Origin: an uncultured Chloroflexota bacterium | Lineage (GTDB): Bacteria > Chloroflexota > Dehalococcoidia > Lucifugimonadales > UBA1127 | Reading direction: 5' to 3' | Assembly: GCA_913045315.1 (NCBI GenBank) | Contig: CAJWQJ010000009.1 | Location: forward strand, 16,569 to 80,568 | DNA: 64,000 bases | Part shown: one piece after another, positions 41,069-51,536 of the stretch | How the letters are laid out: each line of letters opens with the position of its first letter | Numbering within the stretch: the stretch's first letter is position 1 | Made by a program: the position numbers and the translations under genes | The notes under the pieces: generated by a model | What the model saw: the letters and a program-made list of their open reading frames with translations, nothing else | Told to the model about the DNA's origin: nothing | Databases searched by the model: none

Positions 41069-42340
41069 TTAATTAAAGATGCCTATATCAGTACGATAAA
41101 AAGAGCCGTCAAATTTAATTGAATCAATATTTTCATAAACAATTGAACTAGCTTCTGCTAGTGAAGATCCTTTGGCTACTAAGTTTAGGACTCTTCCCCC
41201 TGTAGTAGCAACAAATTTAGCACCGTTAGGTTTGGTAATAGTAGTAGTGCCAGCATGAAAGGTAATGGTATCTTCGGATAATTTTTCAAAACCTGACACT
41301 ACATTTCCAGTATTAAATTCTCCTGGGTATCCATCCGAACAAATAACAACACTTACACAAGAATCGTCATCCCATTCAATCTCGCAATCTCGCAAAGTAC
41401 GATTGGCAATTGCAATCATAACCTCCATAAGATCAGTTTTCATTCTGGGAATAATCACCTGAGTTTCAGGATCGCCTAAACGACAATTAAATTCAATTAC
41501 CTTAGGACCACTGTCAGTCAAAATTATTCCACCATATAAAATTCCTCTAAAAGGAAAGCCTTGTTGGCCTAATTCTCTTACTACAGGTTTCATAATTTTG
41601 AGATTGATTTCATCAGCGAGTTCGTTATTCCAATACCTTGGAGGACTAAAGCTACCCATTCCACCAGTATTAGGTCCAAGGTTATTATCAAATGCCCTTT
41701 TATAGTCAGAAGCAGCAATTAGTGAAGACAAATAGGTGCCATCAGTAAATGAAAATACACTTATCTCATTCCCATAAAGCATTTCTTCAATAAGTATGGA
41801 TAATCCAGAATCACCAAATTTTTCCTGCACCATCGCTTCGTTGATTGCATTAAGAGCATCGTTTTTTGTCTGACAAATTGTAACTCCTTTACCTGCAGCA
41901 AGACCATCAGCCTTGATAACAATTGGCATTTTTGAAGAGTTTACATATTTTTTCGCTTCATTAGGATCAGTAAAAAGTTCGTATTTCGCAGTAGGTACCC
42001 CAGCAGATTCCATGATTGATTTAGCAAATGATTTTGAAGTTTCTATCCTAGCTGCTTCTTTAGTAGGTCCAATTATAGGTAAATTATTTATTTCAAAAAA
42101 GTCAACAATCCCAGCTGCTAATGGGATTTCCGAACCTACAATTGTTAAATCAATCCTATAACGCTCAGCAGCATATGCAAGTGCAGATAGGTCATCAATG
42201 GAAATATAAAGGTTTGTACCTAATGAATCTGTTCCAGCATTGCCAGGGGCTACAAAAATCTTATTAACTTTTGGACTAGAAGATAACTTCCATGCAATAG
42301 CATGTTCCCGAGCACCTGACCCAATAATTAATACATTCAT
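41069..42340 (-). CDS. purD: Phosphoribosylamine-glycine ligase
   Basis: GSGAREHA, KADGLAAGKGV, GPNTGGMG, EFNCRLGDPE, GGRVL. Confidence 0.97.
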   Translation of the reverse strand: MNVLIIGSGAREHAIAWKLSSSPKVNKIFVAPGNAGTDSLGTNLYISIDDLSALAYAAERYRIDLTIVGSEIPLAAGIVDFFEINNLPIIGPTKEAARIETSKSFAKSIMESAGVPTAKYELFTDPNEAKKYVNSSKMPIVIKADGLAAGKGVTICQTKNDALNAINEAMVQEKFGDSGLSILIEEMLYGNEISVFSFTDGTYLSSLIAASDYKRAFDNNLGPNTGGMGSFSPPRYWNNELADEINLKIMKPVVRELGQQGFPFRGILYGGIILTDSGPKVIEFNCRLGDPETQVIIPRMKTDLMEVMIAIANRTLRDCEIEWDDDSCVSVVICSDGYPGEFNTGNVVSGFEKLSEDTITFHAGTTTITKPNGAKFVATTGGRVLNLVAKGSSLAEASSIVYENIDSIKFDGSFYRTDIGIFN

Positions 42341-42456
42341 GAGCAGAAATCACACGAATCAAAAATACATAAGCGCATAACTAAACTATAGCCTATCCGT
42401 CAAGCCCAAGGAATCAGATATGAATATCAAGTCTGATAACATTAAAAGAATAAAGT

Positions 42457-43221
42457 TTACTCAAGAAAATTATTTCGGATCGTATCCATCTGTTCTTGAG
42501 TAACCCCGATTTCCTCAAGAAATCCAACTACACTGCCCCACTTCGATACCACGCCATCCAAAAAATCCTTCAAAGCCTCTTCAGGAACTCCATATTGAGC
42601 AACCATACTTTCCCTATTAACACCCTCAGGATAGCCAACTGTACTTTCAATGAAGTCCGCCATTCTTTCAGTATCAAAATTAGTTAGTAAATAATCTGCT
42701 TCTATCAAATCACGATTTACACCTAAAACGGATAATAAGAAAGCCGTTGAGACTCCAGTTCGATCTTTACCAGCTGTACAGTGCAATACCAATGGTAAAT
42801 TATTTTTGTTAGCTAAAATTTCAAATATCTTAAGCCATGAGGAAGGACCGAATTCTAAGTAACTTAAATATCTCTTACCTGATATGGCTGCATCACCCAA
42901 TAATTGATTTAATTTTTCGCTACCTCCTTCAGGGACAACGGGGATATTTACGTAGTTAGCGCCAATAGATTCTAAAGGACCTTTTCCTTGCTCCAATACC
43001 TCATCAGGCTTTCGTAAATCAATTTGAGTTGAGATTTTAAGATCCAATAACTTCAAAAGATCCTGATCACTCATTCGATCCATTCTTCCAGTACGAAAGT
43101 AAAGACCACTTTTAATTCTCTTGCCATCTTGATTAAGATAGCCACCTATATCTCTAAAATTAAAACAACCTTCAAACGGGTAATGTCTTTCTAAGTAATC
43201 ATCGATCATATTAACTTCCAT
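42457..43221 (-). CDS. Tyrosine/lipid phosphatase family protein (IphP/PtpB-like)
   Basis: NFRDIGGY, IDLR, P-loop HCTAGKDRTG, DYLLT; start may be 43209. Confidence 0.9.
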   Translation of the reverse strand: MEVNMIDDYLERHYPFEGCFNFRDIGGYLNQDGKRIKSGLYFRTGRMDRMSDQDLLKLLDLKISTQIDLRKPDEVLEQGKGPLESIGANYVNIPVVPEGGSEKLNQLLGDAAISGKRYLSYLEFGPSSWLKIFEILANKNNLPLVLHCTAGKDRTGVSTAFLLSVLGVNRDLIEADYLLTNFDTERMADFIESTVGYPEGVNRESMVAQYGVPEEALKDFLDGVVSKWGSVVGFLEEIGVTQEQMDTIRNNFLE

Positions 43222-43297
43222 TCATTATTGATCAGTATCGACTTTGTTAAAGGACTTACAGTCAAATGTATTGTTTTTGAAGTCATTGGCTTTGTTA

Positions 43298-45016
43298 CTA
43301 TTCCCACTCAATAGTACCAGGAGGTTTTGAGGTTATATCATAAACAACACGATTGACTTCGGGAACTTCATTCACTATTCGATTAGAAATTTTTGCAAGT
43401 ATTTCATATGGTAGTCTTGCCCAATCAGCAGTCATTGCATCGTCACTTGTAACGGCCCTAATTGCAACTGCATAGCCATAAGTTCTATTATCTCCCATAA
43501 CACCAACGCTTTTAGTGTCAGTTAGAACTACAAAACTTTGCCATAATTGGTTGTATAGATTTGCACTTTTGATTTCGTCCATTACGATCCAGTCACAATT
43601 TCTCAATATATTTAATTTTTCATTAGTAATTGCACCAATAATTCTTATTGCTAGACCCGGACCGGGAAATGGTTGACGTTGAATCATTTCATCCGGCAAT
43701 CCTAATTCTGAACCTACTTCACGAACCTCATCTTTAAATAAATATCGTAAGGGTTCAACAAGTGAAAGATTCATATTTTCTGGCAAACCACCAACATTAT
43801 GATGAGTTTTAATTTTGGCAGCAGGTCCAGTTTCACCAGCGGTACTTTCAATAACATCTGGATATAAAGTTCCTTGAGCTAAGAAATGAACATTTTTGAT
43901 TTGTTCAGCAGATTCTTCAAAAATTCGGATGAAGGTTTCACCAATAATTTTTCGCTTTCTTTCAGGATCTACAACACCATCTAGTTTTTCAACAAACTCT
44001 TGTGCAGCATTTATGTGTAAAAGATTTAAACCAAGTCCGTTTTTGAAGGTATTATAAACACGTTCAGGTTCTTCATGCCGTAGGAGTCCATTATCTATAA
44101 AAATACATGTTAATCGTTCACCTATAGCATTATGGATCAAGGCAGCAACAACAGCAGAATCAACACCACCAGAAAGAGCACAAATCACTCGTCCATCACC
44201 AACTTGATCTTTAATTTTTTGTATAGATTCCTTTACAAAATTACCCGATGTCCAGTTACCATTACACTGACAAATTAAATATAAAAAGTTTTTGATAATT
44301 TCATTACCAAATTCAGTATGGACAACCTCTGGATGAAATTGGAGTCCAATCATTCCATTATCATTCCCCATCACAGCAACTGGAGAGTTTTCAGTATAGG
44401 CAATACATTGGAATCCCATAGGTAATTTTAATACATGATCCCCATGACTCATCCAAACAGGAAAATTTTGAGGCAAATTATTAAATAAAGGGTGGTTTGA
44501 TGTGTTCTGGTGCAAAACAGAATGACCATATTCTCTTTGTAATGATGCTTCAACATCTCCACCTAATGAATGAGCAATAAGTTGCATGCCATAACATATA
44601 CCAAGAACTGGAATACCATAGCCAAGAACAAATGAAGGAAGTGTAGGAGCATTTGGCTCATAAACACTAGCTGGACCACCTGAAAGAATAAAACCTTTAA
44701 TATTGAGATGGGAAATTTTATCCAAAGAAACATCAAAAGGATGGATTTCACAATATACTTTGGATTCTCGGATTCGACGTGCTATCAATCTGCTATATTG
44801 TGAACCATAATCAAGTATAACAATTGCTTCGTCATAATCTATGGATTTAATATTACGCACAGTTGACTGACCACGATTTTCCTGTGCAATTTCAAGATAT
44901 GCAGAAACCTCAAGGTCATCGCTTGAATTTAATCGTCGATCTGAAGGGGAAGGCTGTTCCTTCAAAGTATTACCAACCTTGTAATTGAGGTTAGCATTTA
45001 TCATACTCATGGTCAA
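43298..45016 (-). CDS. guaA: GMP synthase (glutamine-hydrolysing) with N-terminal extension
   Basis: [43 protein letters not shown]; start uncertain (TTG 44965 plausible). Confidence 0.97.
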   Translation of the reverse strand: MTMSMINANLNYKVGNTLKEQPSPSDRRLNSSDDLEVSAYLEIAQENRGQSTVRNIKSIDYDEAIVILDYGSQYSRLIARRIRESKVYCEIHPFDVSLDKISHLNIKGFILSGGPASVYEPNAPTLPSFVLGYGIPVLGICYGMQLIAHSLGGDVEASLQREYGHSVLHQNTSNHPLFNNLPQNFPVWMSHGDHVLKLPMGFQCIAYTENSPVAVMGNDNGMIGLQFHPEVVHTEFGNEIIKNFLYLICQCNGNWTSGNFVKESIQKIKDQVGDGRVICALSGGVDSAVVAALIHNAIGERLTCIFIDNGLLRHEEPERVYNTFKNGLGLNLLHINAAQEFVEKLDGVVDPERKRKIIGETFIRIFEESAEQIKNVHFLAQGTLYPDVIESTAGETGPAAKIKTHHNVGGLPENMNLSLVEPLRYLFKDEVREVGSELGLPDEMIQRQPFPGPGLAIRIIGAITNEKLNILRNCDWIVMDEIKSANLYNQLWQSFVVLTDTKSVGVMGDNRTYGYAVAIRAVTSDDAMTADWARLPYEILAKISNRIVNEVPEVNRVVYDITSKPPGTIEWE

Positions 45017-45170
45017 GAAATTTTAGGTGGTTATAATTCTAATTATTATACTAAATATCTATCTCTTTGAATGAACAATAATTTACTGGCAGCCTTTGAA
45101 ATTAGACTATGATATACTGAAAATTATATCCTGATATCTTTGTTATTCATTTTTTCAAGAGGGGGTAATA

Positions 45171-45836
45171 TTGCAATTTGATTCCAATCATTCAAATCAA
45201 TTTGGTGATCTTGAAAATCAAAAAGAAACTCTAGATATGGCTGTAGAAAATTTACGGAATGGCAAATTAATTGCATATCCTACTGATACATTGTATGGAT
45301 TGGGCTGTGATGCATTTAATGAAATTGCTGTTCAAGAAATTTTTGAAGTTAAACAACGGCCTTTGGGAATGCCATTACCACTCATTATTGGAAACTATGA
45401 TCAAATTAATTTAGTTACAGAATCAATTACTACAACCATAGAAAAACTAATCGAATCATTTTGGCCAGGTCCACTTACTCTTATTGTCCCATCTGGACCA
45501 AAAGTTCCAGCAATAGTTGGAAGTAGAGGATGGAAAGTTGGTGTAAGAATTCCTGACCATCCTATCCCAAGATATTTATCTTCTATGTTAGGAAACCCTA
45601 TAGTCGGAACTAGTGCAAATATATCAGGAATGTCTGAAACGAAAACTGTTAATGAAGTCGTCAATCAGATAGGTAATAAAGTTGAGATGATAATAAAGAG
45701 CAATCATAAACCAAAAGGAATGTCCTCAACGATCTTAGATATTACAGGATCACAACCTCGTATTTTACGAAATGGATATATCACAGCTAATCAAATTGAA
45801 GAAATATTCAATGAAACCGTAATTATGGACATTTAA
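45171..45836 (+). CDS. tsaC: L-threonylcarbamoyladenylate synthase (YrdC-type, no Sua5 C-terminal domain)
   Basis: PTDTLYGL, K.R, FWPGPLT, RIP.HP, TSANISG. Confidence 0.93.
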   Translation: MQFDSNHSNQFGDLENQKETLDMAVENLRNGKLIAYPTDTLYGLGCDAFNEIAVQEIFEVKQRPLGMPLPLIIGNYDQINLVTESITTTIEKLIESFWPGPLTLIVPSGPKVPAIVGSRGWKVGVRIPDHPIPRYLSSMLGNPIVGTSANISGMSETKTVNEVVNQIGNKVEMIIKSNHKPKGMSSTILDITGSQPRILRNGYITANQIEEIFNETVIMDI

Positions 45837-45853
45837 TTAAGGAAATTTTTCAA

Positions 45854-46942
45854 ATGGAAAGTTTGGATCATAATTGGTTAGAAAATAAAGACAGGGAATT
45901 CACTGAATTAATACAAACTTTATTGGCTAGTCGATCTGGCCCACTCTATAAAATGATGGAATATCAATTAGGCACCCTAGATCAAAATGGTGAAATGATT
46001 GGAACCTCATTTTCAAATAAATTTCTAGGATTGACTTGTACGATGTTTGCAGGAATGTCTTCAAACGAAGATTCCAATAGAGATAAATTAGCTCAACGTT
46101 ATGGAGCAACTGTTGAAATTCTTAATCTATCGAAACAGGTCCATGATGATATTCAAGATGGTGCACCTGAAAGAAATGGTAAAGAAACAGTCTGGTGGAT
46201 ATGGGGGCCTGCTCAAGCAATCAATGTTGGAGATGGACTTCATGCGTTATCAAGAATTTCCTTGACCGATTCAATATCTATGGATTTGTCAAATTTAATT
46301 ATCAATTCAAATACATCATTTAATGATGGATACGACTTAATTTTAAATTCAATAACATGCTTTGATGCTGCTTGTTTAAAATTATTTGAAGGACAATATG
46401 AAGAAATTCACCTGCAAGAGCAATTAACAATACCTGTAGATAATTACTTAAACATTATTGAAAAACGAGCAGGATCATTATTTTCATGTGCTGCTGAGTT
46501 AGGAGTTATACTCAATGGAAATAACCAGAATGACAGAGAAAATGCAATATTTGCTGGTAGCAAACTAGGATTAGCATTTGAATTAAACAGTCAATTTGAA
46601 ATGCTTTGGGGAAATAATGAATCTGCTATCCCTGATTCTTCAATTCTAAGCAAGAAGAAATTACTTCCTGTTGTTTATGCAATTCAAAATGCTCCAGCTT
46701 CAATAAAACAAAAACTTGGCTCACTTTATATGAAACGAGTACTTGAACCTGCTGATTTTAATCAACTACTTTTAGTTTTGGATGAATTTGATGTTAAAGA
46801 ATATTGCCAAAATAAAATAATAGAAGCTTTTGATCAAGGGGTTGAAGCAATTCAACGCCTATCAATATCTAATCCATATAAAGAAAAATTAATACAATAT
46901 TTTTCTTTAGTATTGTTTAATACAAATAGTTTGCAAAATTGA
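45854..46942 (+). CDS. Polyprenyl synthetase family protein (second Asp-rich motif degenerate)
   Basis: FARM VHDDIQD, W..WG..QAINVGD, GQ, K...L, LGLAF. Confidence 0.8.
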   Translation: MESLDHNWLENKDREFTELIQTLLASRSGPLYKMMEYQLGTLDQNGEMIGTSFSNKFLGLTCTMFAGMSSNEDSNRDKLAQRYGATVEILNLSKQVHDDIQDGAPERNGKETVWWIWGPAQAINVGDGLHALSRISLTDSISMDLSNLIINSNTSFNDGYDLILNSITCFDAACLKLFEGQYEEIHLQEQLTIPVDNYLNIIEKRAGSLFSCAAELGVILNGNNQNDRENAIFAGSKLGLAFELNSQFEMLWGNNESAIPDSSILSKKKLLPVVYAIQNAPASIKQKLGSLYMKRVLEPADFNQLLLVLDEFDVKEYCQNKIIEAFDQGVEAIQRLSISNPYKEKLIQYFSLVLFNTNSLQN

Positions 46943-46949
46943 GGTATTA

Positions 46950-48140
46950 ATGCAAAAAAAAACCATACGGAACATTGATGTAAATGGTAAACGGGTTTTA
47001 TTGAGAGTTGATTATAATGTACCTATGGAAAATGGCCGTATTACCGATGATACAAGAATACGTGCAACATTACCCACAATCAATTATCTACTTAAAGAAA
47101 AAGCAAGAGTTGTTCTCTGTACACATTTAGGTAGACCAGGTGGAAAAATTGTAGATGAATTAAGACTTACACCAATTGCGGAACGATTAGCAGGATTAAT
47201 TACTAAGACTGGCGTTATCTATATCCAAGAATCTTCCGGTGAACATGCAGCTGCAACGATTTCCGCTCTACAACCCGGAGGTCTTGCACTATTAGAAAAT
47301 ATTCGTTTTGAACCCGGAGAAGAGAAGAATGATTTAGAATTTACAAAATCATTAGCAAACATGGCTGATATATTTGTAAATGATGCATTAGCAACTGCAC
47401 ATAGAGCACATTCTTCCACTGCAGGCCTTGCAAATTTTCTTCCAGCTGTTGCCGGATTCTTAATGGAACAAGAACTTCATATGCTTAACATGATTCTTAA
47501 TTCCCCTGAAAAACCACTAGCAGCAATATTAGGAGGAGCAAAAGTTAGCGATAAAATCGGTGTAATAAATAAATTACTCGATATCGCTGAGGTAATTATT
47601 ATTGGGGGAGGGATGGCAGGAACTTTTTCTAAGGCCCTCGGGCATGAGATAGGAGATTCATTAATAGAGGATGATTGGGTTGAATTTGCAAAAAATTTAA
47701 TTAATGAATCCAATAATAAAGGTGTTCAATTATTATTACCTTCTGATTTCGTTGTAGCAGATAAGTTTACTTCAGATGCTAATTCTCAAATTGTTGCAAG
47801 TAATTCAATATCTTCTGGATGGCGAATTATGGATATAGGTCCAGAAACAAGCAAAATTTATGAGGATACAATTACGAAATGTAAAACTATTGTTTGGAAT
47901 GGACCAATGGGTGTTTTTGAATTTGATAAATTTAAAACTGGAACAATCAATTTAGCTAATAAATTAAGCACCCTTGATCAAGCAACTACAGTCCTTGGTG
48001 GAGGTTCAACGGGAGAAGCTGTACGTGAACTTGGTCTTGAAGATAAAATGACTCATGTTTCCACTGGAGGTGGTGCTACTTTAGAGTTTTTAGAAGGTAA
48101 AGAATTACCTGGAGTAATATCTTTACTCGATACAGATTGA
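46950..48140 (+). CDS. pgk: Phosphoglycerate kinase
   Basis: [43 protein letters not shown]. Confidence 0.98.
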   Translation: MQKKTIRNIDVNGKRVLLRVDYNVPMENGRITDDTRIRATLPTINYLLKEKARVVLCTHLGRPGGKIVDELRLTPIAERLAGLITKTGVIYIQESSGEHAAATISALQPGGLALLENIRFEPGEEKNDLEFTKSLANMADIFVNDALATAHRAHSSTAGLANFLPAVAGFLMEQELHMLNMILNSPEKPLAAILGGAKVSDKIGVINKLLDIAEVIIIGGGMAGTFSKALGHEIGDSLIEDDWVEFAKNLINESNNKGVQLLLPSDFVVADKFTSDANSQIVASNSISSGWRIMDIGPETSKIYEDTITKCKTIVWNGPMGVFEFDKFKTGTINLANKLSTLDQATTVLGGGSTGEAVRELGLEDKMTHVSTGGGATLEFLEGKELPGVISLLDTD

Positions 48141-48162
48141 AATTTGGATCGAAAGGGTTTAT

Positions 48163-48909
48163 ATGTACGAAGTTATCTTAGTTAGGCATGGCGAAAGCAT
48201 TTGGAATCTTGAAAATCGTTTTACTGGATGGACTGATGTTGACTTAACTGATAAAGGAATCAATGAAGCTAAAAATGCAGGATTAGAAATTTCAAATAAT
48301 GGATTTTCTTTTGATGTCGCTTACACATCAGTCCTAAAACGAGCTATAAGAACATTATGGACAATTCTAGACGTAATGGATCTCATGTGGATTCCTGTAT
48401 ATCGTTCATGGGTCTTAAATGAGCGACACTATGGAAATTTACAAGGATTAAACAAATCTGAAATGGCAAGTATCCATGGAGAAGATCAAATTCTTATATG
48501 GAGGAGAAGTTATTCCACTACACCTCCCCCTCTCGATAAAGATGATGAAAGACATCCAAGTAAAGATAGAAAATATCAGAATTTTATCGAACAACTTCCT
48601 GATGTTGAATCACTTAAAGAAACTGTAGAAAGAGTTATACCATATTGGAATAGTGAAATTGCTCCAACTATACAAACCGGGAAAAAAGTACTTATAGTTG
48701 CACATGGAAATAGCATCAGAGCTCTTATAAAATATTTGGAAGACATATCTGAAGATACGATTGTTAACTTGAATATTCCGACAGGTGTACCAATTCAGTA
48801 CACTTTTGACAAAAACATGAAGCCTTTAGAACGAAAATTTCTAGGCAATGCGGATGAAATACAGAAAGCTATGGATGCAGTTGCATCACAAGGGAAATCT
48901 AAAGAATAA
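48163..48909 (+). CDS. gpmA: 2,3-bisphosphoglycerate-dependent phosphoglycerate mutase
   Basis: RHGES.WN.ENRFTGW, NERHYG.LQG, AHGNS.R. Confidence 0.97.
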   Translation: MYEVILVRHGESIWNLENRFTGWTDVDLTDKGINEAKNAGLEISNNGFSFDVAYTSVLKRAIRTLWTILDVMDLMWIPVYRSWVLNERHYGNLQGLNKSEMASIHGEDQILIWRRSYSTTPPPLDKDDERHPSKDRKYQNFIEQLPDVESLKETVERVIPYWNSEIAPTIQTGKKVLIVAHGNSIRALIKYLEDISEDTIVNLNIPTGVPIQYTFDKNMKPLERKFLGNADEIQKAMDAVASQGKSKE

Positions 48910-48939
48910 ATATTTTAAAAATTATTCAGGAGCTATAAA

Positions 48940-49701
48940 TTGAAACAAATAGTTATTGCTGCAAATTGGAAAATGAATACAAATTTAAATGAAGCGATAG
49001 ATCTAGTTACTAGCTTGAAAAAACTATTATCCTCTTCAGTAAAAGCAACAACTATTATTTGCCCTCCATTTGTATATCTGCCTGAAATCAATTCAATACT
49101 AAAAGATTCAAATATTTATGTTGGTGCACAAAATATGTATTTTGAGGAAAAAGGTGCATTTACTGGTGAAATATCACCTTCCATGGTTGCAAATTTTTGC
49201 AAATTTGTGATTTTAGGACATTCTGAACGCCGATCAATTTTTGGAGAGAGTAATGAACTTATCAATAAAAAGGTACATGCTGCTCTTGTAAACGATTTGA
49301 CTCCAATACTTTGTGTAGGAGAATCTCAAAAAGAACGAGAAGAAGGATTAGCAGAAAAAATTATCCATGAACAATTAACTGTAGGATTAAATCAAATTGA
49401 TAACATTGAAAATGTACAGATTGCATATGAACCGGTATGGGCAATCGGAACTGGTATCGCTGCAACTCCTGAATTAGCTAATGAAATAATGGATGGAACT
49501 ATTAAATCCACTCTCAAGTCTCTTTACAATGATGAACAAGTAGAGAGGGTTCCTTTACTGTATGGTGGTAGTGTCAATTCAGATAATATTGAAGAGTATG
49601 TATCAATGCCTGGAATAAATGGAGCATTAGTTGGCGGAGCAAGTCTGAAATCAGAAGAATTTTCTTTAATTGTTACAAAAGCCGAGTCAGTAATTCATTG
49701 A
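48940..49701 (+). CDS. tpiA: Triosephosphate isomerase
   Basis: NWKMN, GHSERR, AYEPVWAIGTG, YGGSV, LVGGASL. Confidence 0.98.
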   Translation: MKQIVIAANWKMNTNLNEAIDLVTSLKKLLSSSVKATTIICPPFVYLPEINSILKDSNIYVGAQNMYFEEKGAFTGEISPSMVANFCKFVILGHSERRSIFGESNELINKKVHAALVNDLTPILCVGESQKEREEGLAEKIIHEQLTVGLNQIDNIENVQIAYEPVWAIGTGIAATPELANEIMDGTIKSTLKSLYNDEQVERVPLLYGGSVNSDNIEEYVSMPGINGALVGGASLKSEEFSLIVTKAESVIH

Positions 49702-49704
49702 AAC

Positions 49705-50646
49705 ATGCAAAATCAATCACATACTGTTGAAAATTCAATTCCTCTAATTGTTTTAGTAGGCCCAACTGGAATTGGCAAGTCAGATTTATCTCTAAAATTA
49801 TCCAATTATCGTAATATCGAATTGATAAATGGAGATAGTCGACAAGTGTATAAAGGTATGGAAATTGGTACTGCATCACCAACTTCTGATGATAAAAAGA
49901 AAGTACCTCATCATGGTTATCAGATTTTAGAACCTGATCAAACATATAACCTGTCAGATTTTTTAAAAACAACTAAAACATATATATATGAAATTATTGA
50001 TCGAAAAAATATTCCTCTTTTGGTTGGAGGAACTGGGCAATACATATGGGCATTATTAGATGGATGGATTGTACCTAATATTCCTCCGGATATTATTTTT
50101 CGGGAGAAATTAGAAGCTTTAGTAAATAGAGAAGGACCTTTAAAACTTTTATCAGACTTAGATAAAATTGATCCGATCACTGCAAGCACAATTGATCGAA
50201 ATAATATCAGACGTGTCATACGAGCTTTAGAAATCTATCACTCTACTGGTATCCCAATGAGTGAATTAAAAAAGAGAGAACCAACCCCGTACGAACCTAC
50301 AATCATCGGTATCACATCAGATGATCGGGAATCACTCTATAGTATTATTGATAATCGTGTAGGAAAAATGATTGATAATGGATGGTTAAGTGAAACAAAT
50401 GATCTTATTGATAAAGGATACAAGTTTAACTTGCCTTCATTTTCGAGTATGGGATACAAAGAGTTACACGGGGTCTTAAATAATGAAATTGAATTAACCG
50501 ATGCAATTTTAAAAATTCAAAAATTACATCATAAACTTGCAAGAAGACAATACACCTGGTTCAAAGTATCAGACTCAAGAATTTCATGGATCAATAAAAA
50601 CAATAATGAGCTAAATAAAGCTTTAGATATAATAAAAACTATGTAG
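49705..50646 (+). CDS. miaA: tRNA dimethylallyltransferase
   Basis: GPTGIGKS, DSRQVY, VGGTG.Y, RRVIRALE, ARRQYTWF. Confidence 0.96.
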   Translation: MQNQSHTVENSIPLIVLVGPTGIGKSDLSLKLSNYRNIELINGDSRQVYKGMEIGTASPTSDDKKKVPHHGYQILEPDQTYNLSDFLKTTKTYIYEIIDRKNIPLLVGGTGQYIWALLDGWIVPNIPPDIIFREKLEALVNREGPLKLLSDLDKIDPITASTIDRNNIRRVIRALEIYHSTGIPMSELKKREPTPYEPTIIGITSDDRESLYSIIDNRVGKMIDNGWLSETNDLIDKGYKFNLPSFSSMGYKELHGVLNNEIELTDAILKIQKLHHKLARRQYTWFKVSDSRISWINKNNNELNKALDIIKTM

Positions 50647-51481
50647 AGGTAGCAATGGCTCTAAGACATATTTGCTCATCATATGACATGGGTAGTGAGG
50701 ATTTAATTCCTCTTGCTTCAGAAAGAATTGCATTTAAATCGCCTGCAAGAGCAGTTTTTGCAAGTGTCTTAACTATATATCTATCAATTAAACCATTTTG
50801 AACAAATTCATCGAGTTTTGAAAAAACATCATTCATTTTTTCTTCAGTACGACCATAATAATCACGACCACGTTTAAAATTATTTAATGCTTCAAAATTT
50901 TCACAAGCAACTAATAACATGCCCATCTTTCGTATTATTTCGGGTTCATTTTTCATTACCTCAGGATAATAATAATAAAGAATTACTTTTTCCATCCAAG
51001 ATTCGATTACTACGCCCAATTCAAGAAATTTATGAGTATTATTCTTTAAAACAGATGAAACACGACCTTTATAATCCATACGCATTTTCACATGTTCAAT
51101 TACACGTTCAGTAATATCGATACCTTTCTTTACTAATGAAGGTATCGATAATTCCATGAACCTTTCTACAATCTCATTTTCCCGAAGGTGAGGAAAACGC
51201 ATCTTCATATCAGGTAATCGAATTGGAATGCCAGCTTCTTCAGCAGTTCGAAAAATAATTGAAAAAAGATCTGGGTCAAGTCCAACTCTTCCTATATCAT
51301 GTAATAATGCTGTTTGATGGAGTGATTCAAGCCATTGATCATCAATTCCAATTTTAGGTGCTATTACATCAACTATAGATGCTGTTCGCCTTGCATGGTC
51401 TTTGTCATAGCCAGTTATAATTAAATTTGGGTCATCTGGATCTGAAACATCATATAAATCTAATAATGAATTTACTTTCAT
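50639..51481 (-). CDS. HD-domain protein
   Basis: H..RTA and ALLHDIGR; distal motifs atypical. Confidence 0.7.
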   Translation of the reverse strand: MKVNSLLDLYDVSDPDDPNLIITGYDKDHARRTASIVDVIAPKIGIDDQWLESLHQTALLHDIGRVGLDPDLFSIIFRTAEEAGIPIRLPDMKMRFPHLRENEIVERFMELSIPSLVKKGIDITERVIEHVKMRMDYKGRVSSVLKNNTHKFLELGVVIESWMEKVILYYYYPEVMKNEPEIIRKMGMLLVACENFEALNNFKRGRDYYGRTEEKMNDVFSKLDEFVQNGLIDRYIVKTLAKTALAGDLNAILSEARGIKSSLPMSYDEQICLRAIATST

Positions 51482-51536
51482 GGTTGCACAATTTTATCAC
51501 ATGCAGTTATTAGAATCATAGGTAATGGAATTAATA

